Source: a virus
Lineage: Duplodnaviria; Caudoviricetes
Virus record (IMG/VR): IMGVR_UViG_3300046396_000018
Coordinates: 1-45,402 of that record
Strand: one strand, 5' to 3'
DNA length: 45,402 bases
Within the stretch, counting starts at the first letter, position 1, and each line of letters begins with the position of its first letter. A program made the translations under genes and the position numbers. Below, piece by piece: positions 16,937-26,802 of this stretch. The notes beneath the pieces were generated by a model, which was not told the origin of the DNA, searched no databases, and worked only from the letters and a program-made list of their open reading frames with translations.

Positions 16937-17116
16937 GTGCTCATCTCGCTGATCGTTACGCTAGTTGTGGTTGGCGTCTGTCTCTATTTGCTGACTCTGA
17001 TACCTATGGACCCCGTCATTAAACAGGTGATCCGCGTATTAGTGATTCTCTTCGCCTTCCTCTGGGCGCTTCAGGCCTTAGGCATCTGGACGTGGCCTGG
17101 TCATCGGCTGAGCTAG
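16937..17116 (+). CDS. 59-aa two-TM membrane protein, Thivi_2564-like (not in the ORF track)
   Basis: MLISLIVTLVVVGVCLYLLTLIPMDPVIKQVIRVLVILFAFLWALQALG; GGAG RBS. Confidence 0.7.
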   Translation: MLISLIVTLVVVGVCLYLLTLIPMDPVIKQVIRVLVILFAFLWALQALGIWTWPGHRLS

Positions 17117-17118
17117 CA

Positions 17119-17328
17119 ATGGGTCCTTCCAGCTGTGACCGCTGTGGCTACCTCCAGCCCTTCCCTCGTCCTGACGACCTGACTGGCTACCGCGCCTTAG
17201 TCACCTCCAGCGCTGGCACCCTCTGCCGCGACTGTGATCGTCTCCGCGAGGAATATGAAACGTGGGGCCAATTTGATGCCTGGTTAGTCGAACGGAAGAT
17301 CCAACGTCCTGACCTATTTGCGGTCTAA
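17119..17328 (+). CDS. Small zinc-finger protein
   Basis: CDRC...CRDC; TAATG coupling to TerS. Confidence 0.55.
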   Translation: MGPSSCDRCGYLQPFPRPDDLTGYRALVTSSAGTLCRDCDRLREEYETWGQFDAWLVERKIQRPDLFAV

Positions 17329-17672
17329 TGGCTAGGCCAAAATCTCCCGGTCCATCTCCCGGATTAGTGCCGCAGCCTCACGGTGGGGCCTTACGCCGTG
17401 GTATCACAAAAAATGGTGGGGCTGGTGGTCGACCGCCTGATGAGTTTAAAGCGCTCTGTCGTCACCTCGCGTCCCGCCAGAAAACCTTCGCCGTCGTGGA
17501 GAAGATCCTCGATCATCCGGATCTTTATCCCTCTCTCTATACTGGCGCCCTGCGTTGGGCTACTGAGAATGGTTACGGGAAGCCCAAGGAAACCGTTGAT
17601 GTCAATATCGCAAAGATCAAGGATCTCTCAGACGCTGAATTAGAAGCATTGGCGAAGCGGGTTGGGTTGTGA
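17328..17672 (+). CDS. terS: Probable terminase small subunit
   Basis: Directly upstream of TerL; GGRP...GYGKPKETVD...LSDAELEAL. Confidence 0.65.
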   Translation: MARPKSPGPSPGLVPQPHGGALRRGITKNGGAGGRPPDEFKALCRHLASRQKTFAVVEKILDHPDLYPSLYTGALRWATENGYGKPKETVDVNIAKIKDLSDAELEALAKRVGL

Positions 17673-19306
17673 TTGCTACTTCCGACGTGGCTATCGCGAC
17701 CTCTATTGAATGTGAGCGCCGCCGCCGTCGTATCTCTGGCGGTCCTCGGCCTGATGATGACTACCAACACGATCCGATTGGCTGGATGGTCGACCGTATG
17801 GGCGTGAAAGAGGAAACGCTCCGATGGTCCTTGCTCCCTCAGTATAAAACCCACCGCTGGGACGGCACGCCAGACCCGCTTGTCACGATCTGCCAATCCT
17901 TAGCTGATGGTAAAGACACTGGCGCTGAGTCCGCCACCGGCACCGGGAAGACCTTTCTTGGCGCGCTCCTAGTCCTCTGGTTCCTCGCCTGTTTTGAAGA
18001 CTCTATTGTGGTCACAACTGCCCCGATTGAGAAACAGTTGACGCTCCACATCTGGAAGGAAATTGGCGGCCTCTTCCCCCAGTTCAAGAAGCGTTATCCG
18101 CAAGCCGAGCTGCTGACCCTCAAACTCCGTATGAAGCCCGGTACGGACGAACAGGAGAAATGGGCTGCTGTGGGGTTCGCCTGTGGCGTCGACGCCGGCG
18201 CTGATTCTGCCACTAGAGCCCAGGGGTTCCACGCGCAACACATGCTGATCATTACTGAGGAAACACCTGGTATTGATCCCGCCGTGATGACGGCGTTTGA
18301 GAACACCTGTACCGCTGATCATAACATCCGTTTAGCATTGGGCAATCCGGACCATCAAGCCGACGCCTTGCATAAGTTCGTCACCTCCGAGGGCGTGACC
18401 AACATCAGGATCTCCGCCTATGATCATCCTAATGTGGTAACTGGCGAGGAAGTCGTGCCTGGCGCCGTCGGCCGTAAAAGCGTCCTCAAACGTAAGAAGC
18501 AGCTCGGTGCTGAGTCCCGTCTCTACCAATCTCGCGTCCGTGGCATCAGTCCGTCAGAGGCCGTGGATGCCCTCATTAAACTATCCTGGTGCACTCATGC
18601 CAAAGGACTCCCTGCTGCCTTCCGAAGTGATCGCCATGCTCTACCGGCTCTTGGCGTTGATGTCGCCAACAGCGAGAATGGAGACCTCGGCGCGATTGCA
18701 CGCGGTGCTGGTCGAATCCTGGAGGAAGTATCCGCCTTCCCGTGCCCTAATGCCAACGCTCTTGGGCGTCGAGTTATCAGCGAGGCACAAGCTACTGACG
18801 TTGCTCCAGAGCATGTCGGCATCGACGGCGTTGGAGTAGGCGCTGGCACGGTTAACGAAGCCCGCGATTCTGGCTTCTGGGTCCAAGCCTGTAACGGCGG
18901 TGACAAGCCCGACGAAACCGCTGACGCCGAGAAGTTCAATAATAAGCGGAGTCAGATGTATTGGCAGATGCGGCTAGACTTAGAACGCGCTGATTTGGCC
19001 CTCCCTGACGACGACGAGTTGATCGAGGACCTCACCACCCCGAAGTGGCAGACCCGGAATGGGAAGATTATCGTGGAGTCCAAAGAGGACATCAAGAAAC
19101 GGATCGGACGCTCTCCCAACAAAGGCGATGCGGCCGTATATTGGAACTGGGTCCGGAACCGGGACGTGCCGTTAGTCTCCCCGCAGAAGCCCCAGGACAT
19201 GGATCTTGAGCAGTTAGCGTGGCTAGAGCAACAGAGTAGTGACCTTGAGCCGTGGAACTCGTCTACAGATGACGGCTCTGCCTATCACCAAATCCTCAAT
19301 GACTGA
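17669..19306 (+). CDS. terL: Terminase large subunit
   Basis: Walker A SATGTGKT, variant Walker B LIITEE, LGNP, nuclease motifs GVDVA, GIDGVGVG, ESKEDIKKRIGRSPNKGDA. Confidence 0.95.
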   Translation: MIATSDVAIATSIECERRRRRISGGPRPDDDYQHDPIGWMVDRMGVKEETLRWSLLPQYKTHRWDGTPDPLVTICQSLADGKDTGAESATGTGKTFLGALLVLWFLACFEDSIVVTTAPIEKQLTLHIWKEIGGLFPQFKKRYPQAELLTLKLRMKPGTDEQEKWAAVGFACGVDAGADSATRAQGFHAQHMLIITEETPGIDPAVMTAFENTCTADHNIRLALGNPDHQADALHKFVTSEGVTNIRISAYDHPNVVTGEEVVPGAVGRKSVLKRKKQLGAESRLYQSRVRGISPSEAVDALIKLSWCTHAKGLPAAFRSDRHALPALGVDVANSENGDLGAIARGAGRILEEVSAFPCPNANALGRRVISEAQATDVAPEHVGIDGVGVGAGTVNEARDSGFWVQACNGGDKPDETADAEKFNNKRSQMYWQMRLDLERADLALPDDDELIEDLTTPKWQTRNGKIIVESKEDIKKRIGRSPNKGDAAVYWNWVRNRDVPLVSPQKPQDMDLEQLAWLEQQSSDLEPWNSSTDDGSAYHQILND

Positions 19307-19520
19307 TATTACGCACGCGCCGGTTACCTCTAGCAACGTTAAATCGGTGGGATACGATCCAACGGCCAAGACGTTTGCGGTGACGTTTCACTCTGGCTCG
19401 ACCTACCATTACCACGGCGTGACGCCAGAGCAAGTCAAGGATTTCCACGCCTCAGATTCGAAGGGGCAGTGGGTTCATCAGCACCTTGTCAAGACGGGCC
19501 ACCGATTCACTAAACAATAG
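19299..19520 (+). CDS. KTSC domain protein
   Basis: PVTSSNVKSVGYD...VTFHSGSTYHYHGV...SKGQW. Confidence 0.92.
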   Translation: MTDITHAPVTSSNVKSVGYDPTAKTFAVTFHSGSTYHYHGVTPEQVKDFHASDSKGQWVHQHLVKTGHRFTKQ

Positions 19521-19528
19521 GAGCGATC

Positions 19529-19687
19529 ATGGCAAAGAAGCACATCGGGTTTAAAGGCGCACAGGCGAAAGTGGAGAAGGAGGGATACTCCAAGAAGACG
19601 GCTGGGGCGATTATCGCTGCTTCCACGCGTAACGCATCGGCGGCCGCGAAGAAGGCTAATCCTCGGTTGAAGAGGGTCAAAGGATGA
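19529..19687 (+). CDS. 52-aa highly basic protein (not in the ORF track)
   Basis: MAKKHIGFKGAQAKVEKEGYSKKTAGAIIAASTRNASAAAKKANPRLKRVKG; AGGAG RBS. Confidence 0.75.
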   Translation: MAKKHIGFKGAQAKVEKEGYSKKTAGAIIAASTRNASAAAKKANPRLKRVKG

Positions 19688-19896
19688 CTGTTCCCCCTCC
19701 GACCTCCACCTCAGGCGCTACTCCATCGTCCTCCATGGCTGGACTCATTATGTCCACCGAAAGCCGCATCCGGGCGGATATTTCCTCTCTTAGCGATACG
19801 GTCGAGTTGGCCGCTAGTCGCTTGTGGGGTACGTACGGTATCGCGAGTCTCGCCCTAGTCATTGCCGCGATTGCGCTCTTCAAGTCGTGCCACTAA
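19684..19896 (+). CDS. Small protein with C-terminal TM
   Basis: ATGA coupling; hydrophobic tail. Confidence 0.55.
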   Translation: MTVPPPTSTSGATPSSSMAGLIMSTESRIRADISSLSDTVELAASRLWGTYGIASLALVIAAIALFKSCH

Positions 19897-19897
19897 G

Positions 19898-20152
19898 ATG
19901 GTGCCACCCATCAATCCCTCAGAGACCTGCTCAGAGTACTGGGATCGACTCTCCGACGCGGATAAAGAGGAGTTGCAAGCCATCCAGAGAGACAGTGGTA
20001 TTGCCTCGATGACCCTTTGGCTCTTACGGCGTGGGTGTATGTTAGCCAATCCCCAGACTCGGCCAGTGCGGACGGCGTACGTGCCGAAGGCGCCGACGTT
20101 GAACCAGCTCCTGAACGCCAACATCCGGCGTCGGGCGGCGAGCGCTTTATGA
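19898..20152 (+). CDS. Hypothetical protein
   Basis: Operon tiling. Confidence 0.5.
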   Translation: MVPPINPSETCSEYWDRLSDADKEELQAIQRDSGIASMTLWLLRRGCMLANPQTRPVRTAYVPKAPTLNQLLNANIRRRAASAL

Positions 20153-20409
20153 CTATTCGGGCGCGAGATGGGGTCACTCGGCTATACTTCCGGGATGGCG
20201 GATTTATGGATTTTCCGGAGGAGGATTATTCCCTGATCCGCGATGCCTTTGCCAATGGTGAGCGCTTTTATCAGGGGCCGGGATTGCATGGGGGGGAAGC
20301 GATGGTCAAACTAGCCGAAGTCAACGCAGTTCGAGATTTAACCGCTGACGCGTTTCATGGCTATCTCGAAGATGAGCGCGCCGAGAAAGTGGCGGCGGAT
20401 TTTTCATGA
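20149..20409 (+). CDS. Hypothetical protein (start 20149)
   Basis: ATGA coupling. Confidence 0.55.
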   Translation: MTIRARDGVTRLYFRDGGFMDFPEEDYSLIRDAFANGERFYQGPGLHGGEAMVKLAEVNAVRDLTADAFHGYLEDERAEKVAADFS

Positions 20410-20636
20410 AATGGCCCTGTGTGAGTCGATCGGCCTATGATGTGGTTGAGGCGGCGTGGTGCCAAGAACATGACCATGTGCTGGATCTGCAAAAGCGATT
20501 CGATACCCTACTGGACAAATACCACGCCCTCAAGATCGAAGGCGCTGTCACCGTGCCTGACTACGGCCACATCGAACCCCCCTTAACGGTGGATGAACAA
20601 GACGCGCTGAGAGCGCAGGAAGATGATGGCAACTAA
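20406..20636 (+). CDS. Hypothetical protein
   Basis: ATGA coupling. Confidence 0.6.
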   Translation: MKWPCVSRSAYDVVEAAWCQEHDHVLDLQKRFDTLLDKYHALKIEGAVTVPDYGHIEPPLTVDEQDALRAQEDDGN

Positions 20637-20829
20637 ACATATGGTGCCAGATCCATCTGCGGTGGAGTGTAACTTCATCGTGCCGGCGGAGATCGAAGCC
20701 AAATGGCGCGAAGGAGATCGAGACGCCTTAGCCCAAGCGGTGACCCAGATCGCCAGAGACACGGCCACCTTCTGTGCCACGAAGTACGAGCAGAACCTGA
20801 CCGGTAACCCCAGGCCCATCACGCAGTAA
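20623..20829 (+). CDS. Hypothetical protein
   Basis: AGGA RBS; tiling. Confidence 0.55.
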   Translation: MMATKHMVPDPSAVECNFIVPAEIEAKWREGDRDALAQAVTQIARDTATFCATKYEQNLTGNPRPITQ

Positions 20830-20862
20830 ATTGTAGGATCACTATTCACCCCAGAGGTTCGT

Positions 20863-21033
20863 ATGTCCAAGCATGAAGCCGAAATGAACAAGCCGTATAA
20901 CAAGGATTTCAAGGATGTAGAAGACGTGACGGTCGATCACTCCAAGAGCCCGAATCCGACCATCGGCAGCGGCAAAGGCGGCAAGCTCCCCGAAGGACTC
21001 CGACCGAACCCAGCGCAGAACTCCACGAAGTAA
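20863..21033 (+). CDS. 56-aa hydrophilic protein (not in the ORF track)
   Basis: MSKHEAEMNKPYNKDF...; GAGG RBS. Confidence 0.6.
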   Translation: MSKHEAEMNKPYNKDFKDVEDVTVDHSKSPNPTIGSGKGGKLPEGLRPNPAQNSTK

Positions 21034-21294
21034 GTGGTGGCTGACACTCCCAAACTGGAGTCAACGTCCCTCTTCAAGCCGTTGACTCCAGTGAAGGCCA
21101 AGGTGGCCGAGTGCGTCGCGGAAGGATTGAGCTATCCCCAGATCGCGGTCCGACTGGGGTTGTCACGCAACACCGTGCAGCATTATGTCCACAGTATCGC
21201 CCAACTCATCGAGATTCGTGATCTTTACCCGATGACGCCGTATCGTCGTGTCCAAGTCTGGATGATCCGCGTGAGGGCCGGAATCGACACATAG
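21034..21294 (+). CDS. Stand-alone LuxR/GerE-type HTH regulator
   Basis: LTPVKAKVAECVAEGLSYPQIAVRLGLSRNTVQHYVHSI. Confidence 0.85.
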   Translation: MVADTPKLESTSLFKPLTPVKAKVAECVAEGLSYPQIAVRLGLSRNTVQHYVHSIAQLIEIRDLYPMTPYRRVQVWMIRVRAGIDT

Positions 21295-21323
21295 GGATCG
21301 GCATTACGTAAGAGGTCAAAAAG

Positions 21324-21350
21324 TCGGACATTAACACCCTGAATGTCCGA
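21324..21350. promoter_or_regulatory. Perfect 9-bp inverted repeat overlapping the next start codon
   Basis: TCGGACATT-N9-AATGTCCGA. Confidence 0.55.
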
Positions 21351-21615
21351 ACTATCTCTGTTAGTTGCGTCGCATGGAGAGGTCTGTACCTGCGAGTATT
21401 GCCAGGAGATTCAGAAACTCGCGCCGAAGCTCGCGCAGCCTGGATGGGTGCGGTGGATGGGCATTCCCACTGAGAAGCCGACGGTCACCGTCGAAGAACT
21501 CCGTGCCACCAAGAAAGAGCGCCTGAAAGCCGCGAAGGCGAAGCACAAAGCTACTACGCGCCTCGCGACGATCCTCTCTGGTGGGCGAGTCAGAACGACA
21601 CTGCTGGCTGCCTAG
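21343..21615 (+). CDS. Hypothetical protein with H/C cluster and basic tail
   Basis: H..VCTCEYC; abuts portal start. Confidence 0.55.
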   Translation: MSELSLLVASHGEVCTCEYCQEIQKLAPKLAQPGWVRWMGIPTEKPTVTVEELRATKKERLKAAKAKHKATTRLATILSGGRVRTTLLAA

Positions 21616-23865
21616 ATGCCGACCATCCAGACCCAGAACGTCCCCAGCCGGGATAATATGGCGGATCCGGCCGCCGCCACGCTCCACGGCCCCCCAAAGC
21701 AAAACGCCACGGATTTAGAGAAGGCCCAGTACAGTACCGCTCGCTACAACATCCAGCGGGACTACTATAGTGGCCTATACCGATTCTGGTCTCGCTCGAT
21801 CCTCTTCCTCTTAGGGAAGCAATGGTTGCTGTGGAATAAGACGACCAAGCAGTGGACGCCCGAGAAGAACGTCCCCAAATGGCGTCAGCAGCCGGTGACG
21901 AACCTCGTCTATCGGTTCTACAAAAACGCGTTAGCCAAGCTCACGAAGCAACGTCCCGCCTTTGATTGCGTGCCCCCGAGTGGCGACGCCGACGATCGCT
22001 CTGCCGCTGAGTTGGGTAACGCGCTCCTCAAATTCTGGTGGAGACGCCTCAAGCTCTCCCAATTCCTCCAACGCGCCATCGGGTGGATGCTCAGTACCGG
22101 GAACGCGTGGGCGTTGGTGGATTGGGACCCCGAAGCCGGGATGATTACCCCGCTCAAGACCGCCTATACCCGGAAGACGGGGAAGGTCGATGAATCAGGC
22201 GACGAGGAAGAAGAGACGATCGAGGATGTCCCTGCGGATAAGGACGGCGACCCAATCCTCAAAGACGATGGCACCCCGGACATGGACGCCGAGCCCCACA
22301 AGATGGCCCAAGGGGAAATCTCGGTGCGGTTGATCTCTCCCTTCTCCGTTCGGATGAACCCGGAAGCCGAGTCGGTCGAAGACGCTACGGAGTTCTATAT
22401 CGGGACGATCAAACCGTCCAACGTCTTAGAAAAGCAATGGAATCTCCCCTATAGCACCTTAGCCGGGGTGGGGAACGACGAGCAAGTCACCATCATGGAT
22501 ATCATCTCGGCGGCCAGTACGGGTACCACGGGCATCCTCGGCTTCTTCAATGGCTCGGATAACTCCATGGCGAAAGGCCAACGGAGTATGGAACTCCGGT
22601 ACTATGCCAAGCCGGACGATGATTTCCCGGAAGGGCGGCACTGGATCTCGGTGGACGGGAAGATGGTCCTTCCCGAAGAGTCCCTCCCTAACGGCTTCTG
22701 GCCTCCCTTAGTGGCCTATCAGGATCTCGCGCCGCCCGGACAAGCCATCGCCATGGGCACGATTGGCCAGTTGACGCCGATTGGCGAATCGTACAACACG
22801 ATCAATGGCAAGATCATGGAGAATAACGTCACCATGGCGATGGGCGGCAAATGGCTGCTCTCACCAGAAGACAAGTCGCTCGCCATTGATTCCGACCCCG
22901 GCCAAAAGATCGTGTCAAAAGGATACGCCGCTGGGAAACCCCCAATGCAATTGGAGCCTAAGGGACTGCCAGAACAGGTCTACGCTGAGCGTGAGCGGAT
23001 CATGCAAGACTGGCAATTCGTCTCCGGGATGAGCGAATCGGACTTAGGTGGCAAGCCCGAAGGCGTCACCTCAGGTCGTGGGTTCCTCGTCTTGCAGGAA
23101 GCAAGTGACTCTCAGTGGGGGCCGACCTTAGAGAACCAAGAGTCCTTCCTGGAAGAGGTCGGTCGGCGCATGCTCGTTATTGCGCATCGGAAGTACACCG
23201 AGGAACGCACGGTCAAGATCGGTGGCGAGAATGGAGTGTGGCAATTCCGGGCGTTTAAAGGCGCTGACTTGACCGATTCGATGGAAGTCCAAGTCCAGTC
23301 CGGATCGTCCTTCCCATGGTCCCGTGCGGCCCGGCAAGACACCGCCATGCAGCTGATCTCGTCACTCCCTGGCTTGGTCGTGAACCCGCAAAGTGGGGAA
23401 GTGGACGTACAGAAACTCGGTCGCCTCACCGATGTGGGGGGCCTCGATGCCATTAGTCGTGAGGAAGATCCCGATTCGGACGAGATCGAGCGCGAGCACG
23501 CCGAGTTTGAAGATCCGAACTCTGACCCACCCCAGATCGGTATCTGGCAAGACCACGCGAAGCATCTGATCGGCCATGGGAACTTCTTCAAGCGGGACCG
23601 CGCGCGGTTCGACCGCATGCCGAAAGAGCGGCAGCAAGCCTTCATTCAGCACTATCAGGACACGATGCAAGCGATTGCGGAAGCCGTCGCGCAGACGATG
23701 CCGAACGGTCCGCAAGGTCAACCTAATCAACCCGGTGGCGGCGGACCACCCCAGCCGGGGGGACCGCCCTTGCAGATCAATGCCCCAGGCGCGCCACCCC
23801 AAGCGGCTCCGCCCACGCCGTCCGAACTCTCCCTCACGCCGGCCGATATACGGTCAGCGGCCTAA
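21616..23865 (+). CDS. Portal protein
   Basis: Position before scaffold and capsid; helical pattern (TN.V....K..LAKLT...P...D..AAE), TSGR..L.LQE, Pro/Gln tail. Confidence 0.85.
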   Translation: MPTIQTQNVPSRDNMADPAAATLHGPPKQNATDLEKAQYSTARYNIQRDYYSGLYRFWSRSILFLLGKQWLLWNKTTKQWTPEKNVPKWRQQPVTNLVYRFYKNALAKLTKQRPAFDCVPPSGDADDRSAAELGNALLKFWWRRLKLSQFLQRAIGWMLSTGNAWALVDWDPEAGMITPLKTAYTRKTGKVDESGDEEEETIEDVPADKDGDPILKDDGTPDMDAEPHKMAQGEISVRLISPFSVRMNPEAESVEDATEFYIGTIKPSNVLEKQWNLPYSTLAGVGNDEQVTIMDIISAASTGTTGILGFFNGSDNSMAKGQRSMELRYYAKPDDDFPEGRHWISVDGKMVLPEESLPNGFWPPLVAYQDLAPPGQAIAMGTIGQLTPIGESYNTINGKIMENNVTMAMGGKWLLSPEDKSLAIDSDPGQKIVSKGYAAGKPPMQLEPKGLPEQVYAERERIMQDWQFVSGMSESDLGGKPEGVTSGRGFLVLQEASDSQWGPTLENQESFLEEVGRRMLVIAHRKYTEERTVKIGGENGVWQFRAFKGADLTDSMEVQVQSGSSFPWSRAARQDTAMQLISSLPGLVVNPQSGEVDVQKLGRLTDVGGLDAISREEDPDSDEIEREHAEFEDPNSDPPQIGIWQDHAKHLIGHGNFFKRDRARFDRMPKERQQAFIQHYQDTMQAIAEAVAQTMPNGPQGQPNQPGGGGPPQPGGPPLQINAPGAPPQAAPPTPSELSLTPADIRSAA

Positions 23866-23894
23866 CCCACCGGCCCCTTCCCTAGGACATTCCG

Positions 23895-24875
23895 ATGCCA
23901 GACACCATTGTTGATACCGCCCAGAGCGAATCGCTCTTCGATAAGCTAAACGCCTCCGTGACCGCGCTGGATACGGCATCCACTGAGACCGTAGAAGCCG
24001 AAGAGACTCCTGAGGAGACGCCAGACATAGTCGTTGAGACTGAGGACCCTGGTGAGACTCCCGAGGCGGAGGCCGAAGAGACCACGGAGGAAACGGAAGA
24101 GGTAGAAGCACCAAAGGTTGATGCCGAGTTTGTGGCCGCCCTCAAGAAGTTCGGGGTGGCGCTCGATCCTGAGGATGTCCCAGAATCCGCTCGTCCGGCG
24201 TTCGTCGAGAAGCTGAAACATATGGAGTCGGCCTTTACCAAAGCCGTCACCGAGCAACGCCAATACCGGAAAGAACAAGCCAGTTTTGAGGCGGACAAAC
24301 AACGACTCGAAAAGGAGTTCGATAAGGTCGTCGTGGATCGCCTCATGAAAGACCCCTCCTTGGTCGACAAGATCAATGAGGAAGTCGAGAAACGGAAGAA
24401 TCCGGCTTACGCGGAAGCCATTGAGTTACGCCGCGATCATGACCGGATGCAGGCTGAACGGGCGCAAGAGACCCGTCAGCAGGAGGACGCCGCGAGAGAG
24501 GCACGGGGCGAAGCGTTGACGAGTTACACGATGGGAGCCGCCAAAACGGCGGGGATTCCCTTCAAGCTCGTCGAAGAAGCCGTCGCCTTTGCCATTCTCT
24601 CGGCTGGTCAAGCCGGACGGGAATTCACGGAGGCCGAGATCGATGCGATCGTCGCGGATAAAGCCAAGGTCTATACCCAGCATACCGCCGCCATCAAAGG
24701 GGCGAAGACACGCGAATACGTGAAACAGAAAGTCGCTGACCGGAACGCGGCCAAGGCCAAAGGCGGCATCAAGAACAGCAATGGGAGCACTGCGAACCTA
24801 CCGACAGTAGACATGTCCAAGCTCTCCTTAGCCGAGAAGATTAACGCCACCTTGGACAGCTACGCCAGCGCCTAA
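23895..24875 (+). CDS. Capsid scaffolding protein
   Basis: Acidic N-terminus, coiled coil, located between portal and capsid. Confidence 0.75.
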   Translation: MPDTIVDTAQSESLFDKLNASVTALDTASTETVEAEETPEETPDIVVETEDPGETPEAEAEETTEETEEVEAPKVDAEFVAALKKFGVALDPEDVPESARPAFVEKLKHMESAFTKAVTEQRQYRKEQASFEADKQRLEKEFDKVVVDRLMKDPSLVDKINEEVEKRKNPAYAEAIELRRDHDRMQAERAQETRQQEDAAREARGEALTSYTMGAAKTAGIPFKLVEEAVAFAILSAGQAGREFTEAEIDAIVADKAKVYTQHTAAIKGAKTREYVKQKVADRNAAKAKGGIKNSNGSTANLPTVDMSKLSLAEKINATLDSYASA

Positions 24876-24945
24876 GCGATCATAGCAGGGCCGAGAGGGG
24901 CATTCTGGCCACTCCGGACACTCATTTTCAGAGGCTTGAACTACC

Positions 24946-26211
24946 ATGGCCGATTATCAGGTCACTTCCGCAACGTTCGACGCGTTGCTCAAGGAAGATT
25001 ATATCACGCAGGAAATCGTCGACGCGATCAACAAGGCGACGGTCTTCAAATCGAATCTGACCCGCACCCAGACCATTGACGGTCGTCGGGCGATCTATGC
25101 CGTGCAGGTTGCGGTGGCGCAGGGCAACGGATCCCGGGCGGAAGGCGCGGCCCTCCCGAACTACGGGGCTGGCCAGTTCCAAGACGCGATCGTGAACACC
25201 TTCTCGCACTATGCCCGGTTCATCGTGACCGGTCAGGCGGAAGTGTTCTCCTCGCGGAACGCCTTCGTCCAGTTCGTGGAACGGACGTTGAAGGACACGA
25301 AAGAGGGCTTGATGCTCAATATCGGGCGTCAGTCGTGGGGCGATGGGACGGGAACGATCTCCCTGACAAGTGGCTCGACGGCCCAAGGAGCGACCACCTT
25401 TACCGCTGGCTCAGCGTATGGCGTACTCTGGGGGTCGGTCTCGACCAATACCACCATGCTCTACCGTCCTGGAATGATCCTCCAATTCGTGAACTACACG
25501 ACCGGGGCGGTTATCACCACGAACGGCGGCCAAGGCTACACCGTCACGGGCATCACTGGTACCACGATCACCTTCTCGCCACCCTTGGATGCAACCGTCG
25601 CCGGTGGCTCGCGGGTGACCTTGGTCGGCTCCTATAACCAGGAGATGGAAGGCTGGCTCAAGATGGTGGCCACCGCCGCCTTCATGACGGGGAATACCTC
25701 GACCACGCTCAACTTGGGCACCACGGTCTACCACAACATCGACCGGAATACGGCCACAGTGTGGAACGGGAACGTGACCGATGCGAGTCAAGCGGCGCTC
25801 TCCCTGACGCTCATCCGGGCGATCAAAGACGCGCTCTTCGTGCGTGGGGGGCAAGCCGATCTCTGTATCGGGTCGACGCAGGTGGTGCGTGACTACGAAG
25901 CCTTGCTCACCCCGAACCAACGCTTTGTCCCCGCGATCAAGCTGGAAGGGGGAGCGACCGCGATCGAGCACGACGGACTGCCATTCACCAAGGATAAGGA
26001 CGCCCCAAGCCAGGCGCTCAACCTGGTCAAGACGGACGAGATCCGATGGGCACAGCGCAATGACCCGGACTTCATCCGGCAGGGCGACCAGATCCTCCAA
26101 AAGGTCACCGGCTACGACATGAAGGAAGCGGTGTTGCGCTGGTACGCCAATCTGGACACGCCAGAACCGCGCTATCAGGCGATGCTCTATAACTTGAATA
26201 TCGCTCCATAA
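24946..26211 (+). CDS. Major capsid protein
   Basis: 421 aa; GAGG RBS; strongly biased codon usage; HK97-like layout (LLKEDY...RAEGAALP...). Confidence 0.85.
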   Translation: MADYQVTSATFDALLKEDYITQEIVDAINKATVFKSNLTRTQTIDGRRAIYAVQVAVAQGNGSRAEGAALPNYGAGQFQDAIVNTFSHYARFIVTGQAEVFSSRNAFVQFVERTLKDTKEGLMLNIGRQSWGDGTGTISLTSGSTAQGATTFTAGSAYGVLWGSVSTNTTMLYRPGMILQFVNYTTGAVITTNGGQGYTVTGITGTTITFSPPLDATVAGGSRVTLVGSYNQEMEGWLKMVATAAFMTGNTSTTLNLGTTVYHNIDRNTATVWNGNVTDASQAALSLTLIRAIKDALFVRGGQADLCIGSTQVVRDYEALLTPNQRFVPAIKLEGGATAIEHDGLPFTKDKDAPSQALNLVKTDEIRWAQRNDPDFIRQGDQILQKVTGYDMKEAVLRWYANLDTPEPRYQAMLYNLNIAP

Positions 26212-26802
26212 TCACGTATGCTGTTTCGCTATCCACGCTCTGAACTTCTCGCGCCGACAGGTGCGACACTCAACACGGCCATTACTGCGCGTGTATGTGT
26301 TCTCAGGCGTTTGGGGATGTGGACAGCGGCCAGCATCGGGATTATACCGACTCTTCTTGCGAACTCCATCCGCTTGAATACCAACGTGCACGCGGCATTT
26401 GACACCCCGGTTGCTATGGCAGATCGCGCACATCCGGGTACGGTTGATCGTGCCGTTGGGCTTCCGGTTGTTCTGGTAGTAGGTCGTCTCCGGCGTGAAC
26501 TCATGGCCCCGTTTACAGTGGGTTCGCTCGCTGTGATGCAGCCGATGGTGGTCGCTGTTCAACATCGGTCGCAGATGGGCGGGATTCACACAAGGGCGAT
26601 TGTGACAGATATGATGGAGATGCAGTCCATCGGGAATAGGTCCTATGGTCATTTCGTAGGCTACTCGATGGGCCTTTCTGATATGACCTCTATCACTTAT
26701 AGCCACATGTCCTGTCGTGGACGGTTTATGGGGTGGAATCCAGCACTGAGTCGGGTCGCCTTGATAGGCAGCGAACCACGTACGAAACGGAGTCGTTGGC
26801 AT
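26212..26802 (-). CDS. Free-standing HNH homing endonuclease with two C-terminal Cys/His zinc-finger repeats
   Basis: CW...AHRVAYE..IGPIPDGLHLHHICHNRPCVNPAHL; THCKRGHEFTPE...CAIC and CPHPQTPENTY...CRTC. Confidence 0.9.
   Translation of the reverse strand: MPTTPFRTWFAAYQGDPTQCWIPPHKPSTTGHVAISDRGHIRKAHRVAYEMTIGPIPDGLHLHHICHNRPCVNPAHLRPMLNSDHHRLHHSERTHCKRGHEFTPETTYYQNNRKPNGTINRTRMCAICHSNRGVKCRVHVGIQADGVRKKSRYNPDAGRCPHPQTPENTYTRSNGRVECRTCRREKFRAWIAKQHT

Noticed and set aside
16009-20838. AATTGTAGGA shared by two intergenic regions (16009 and 20829) as a late-promoter motif
   Set aside because: Only two 10-bp copies with no shared downstream element; compatible with chance
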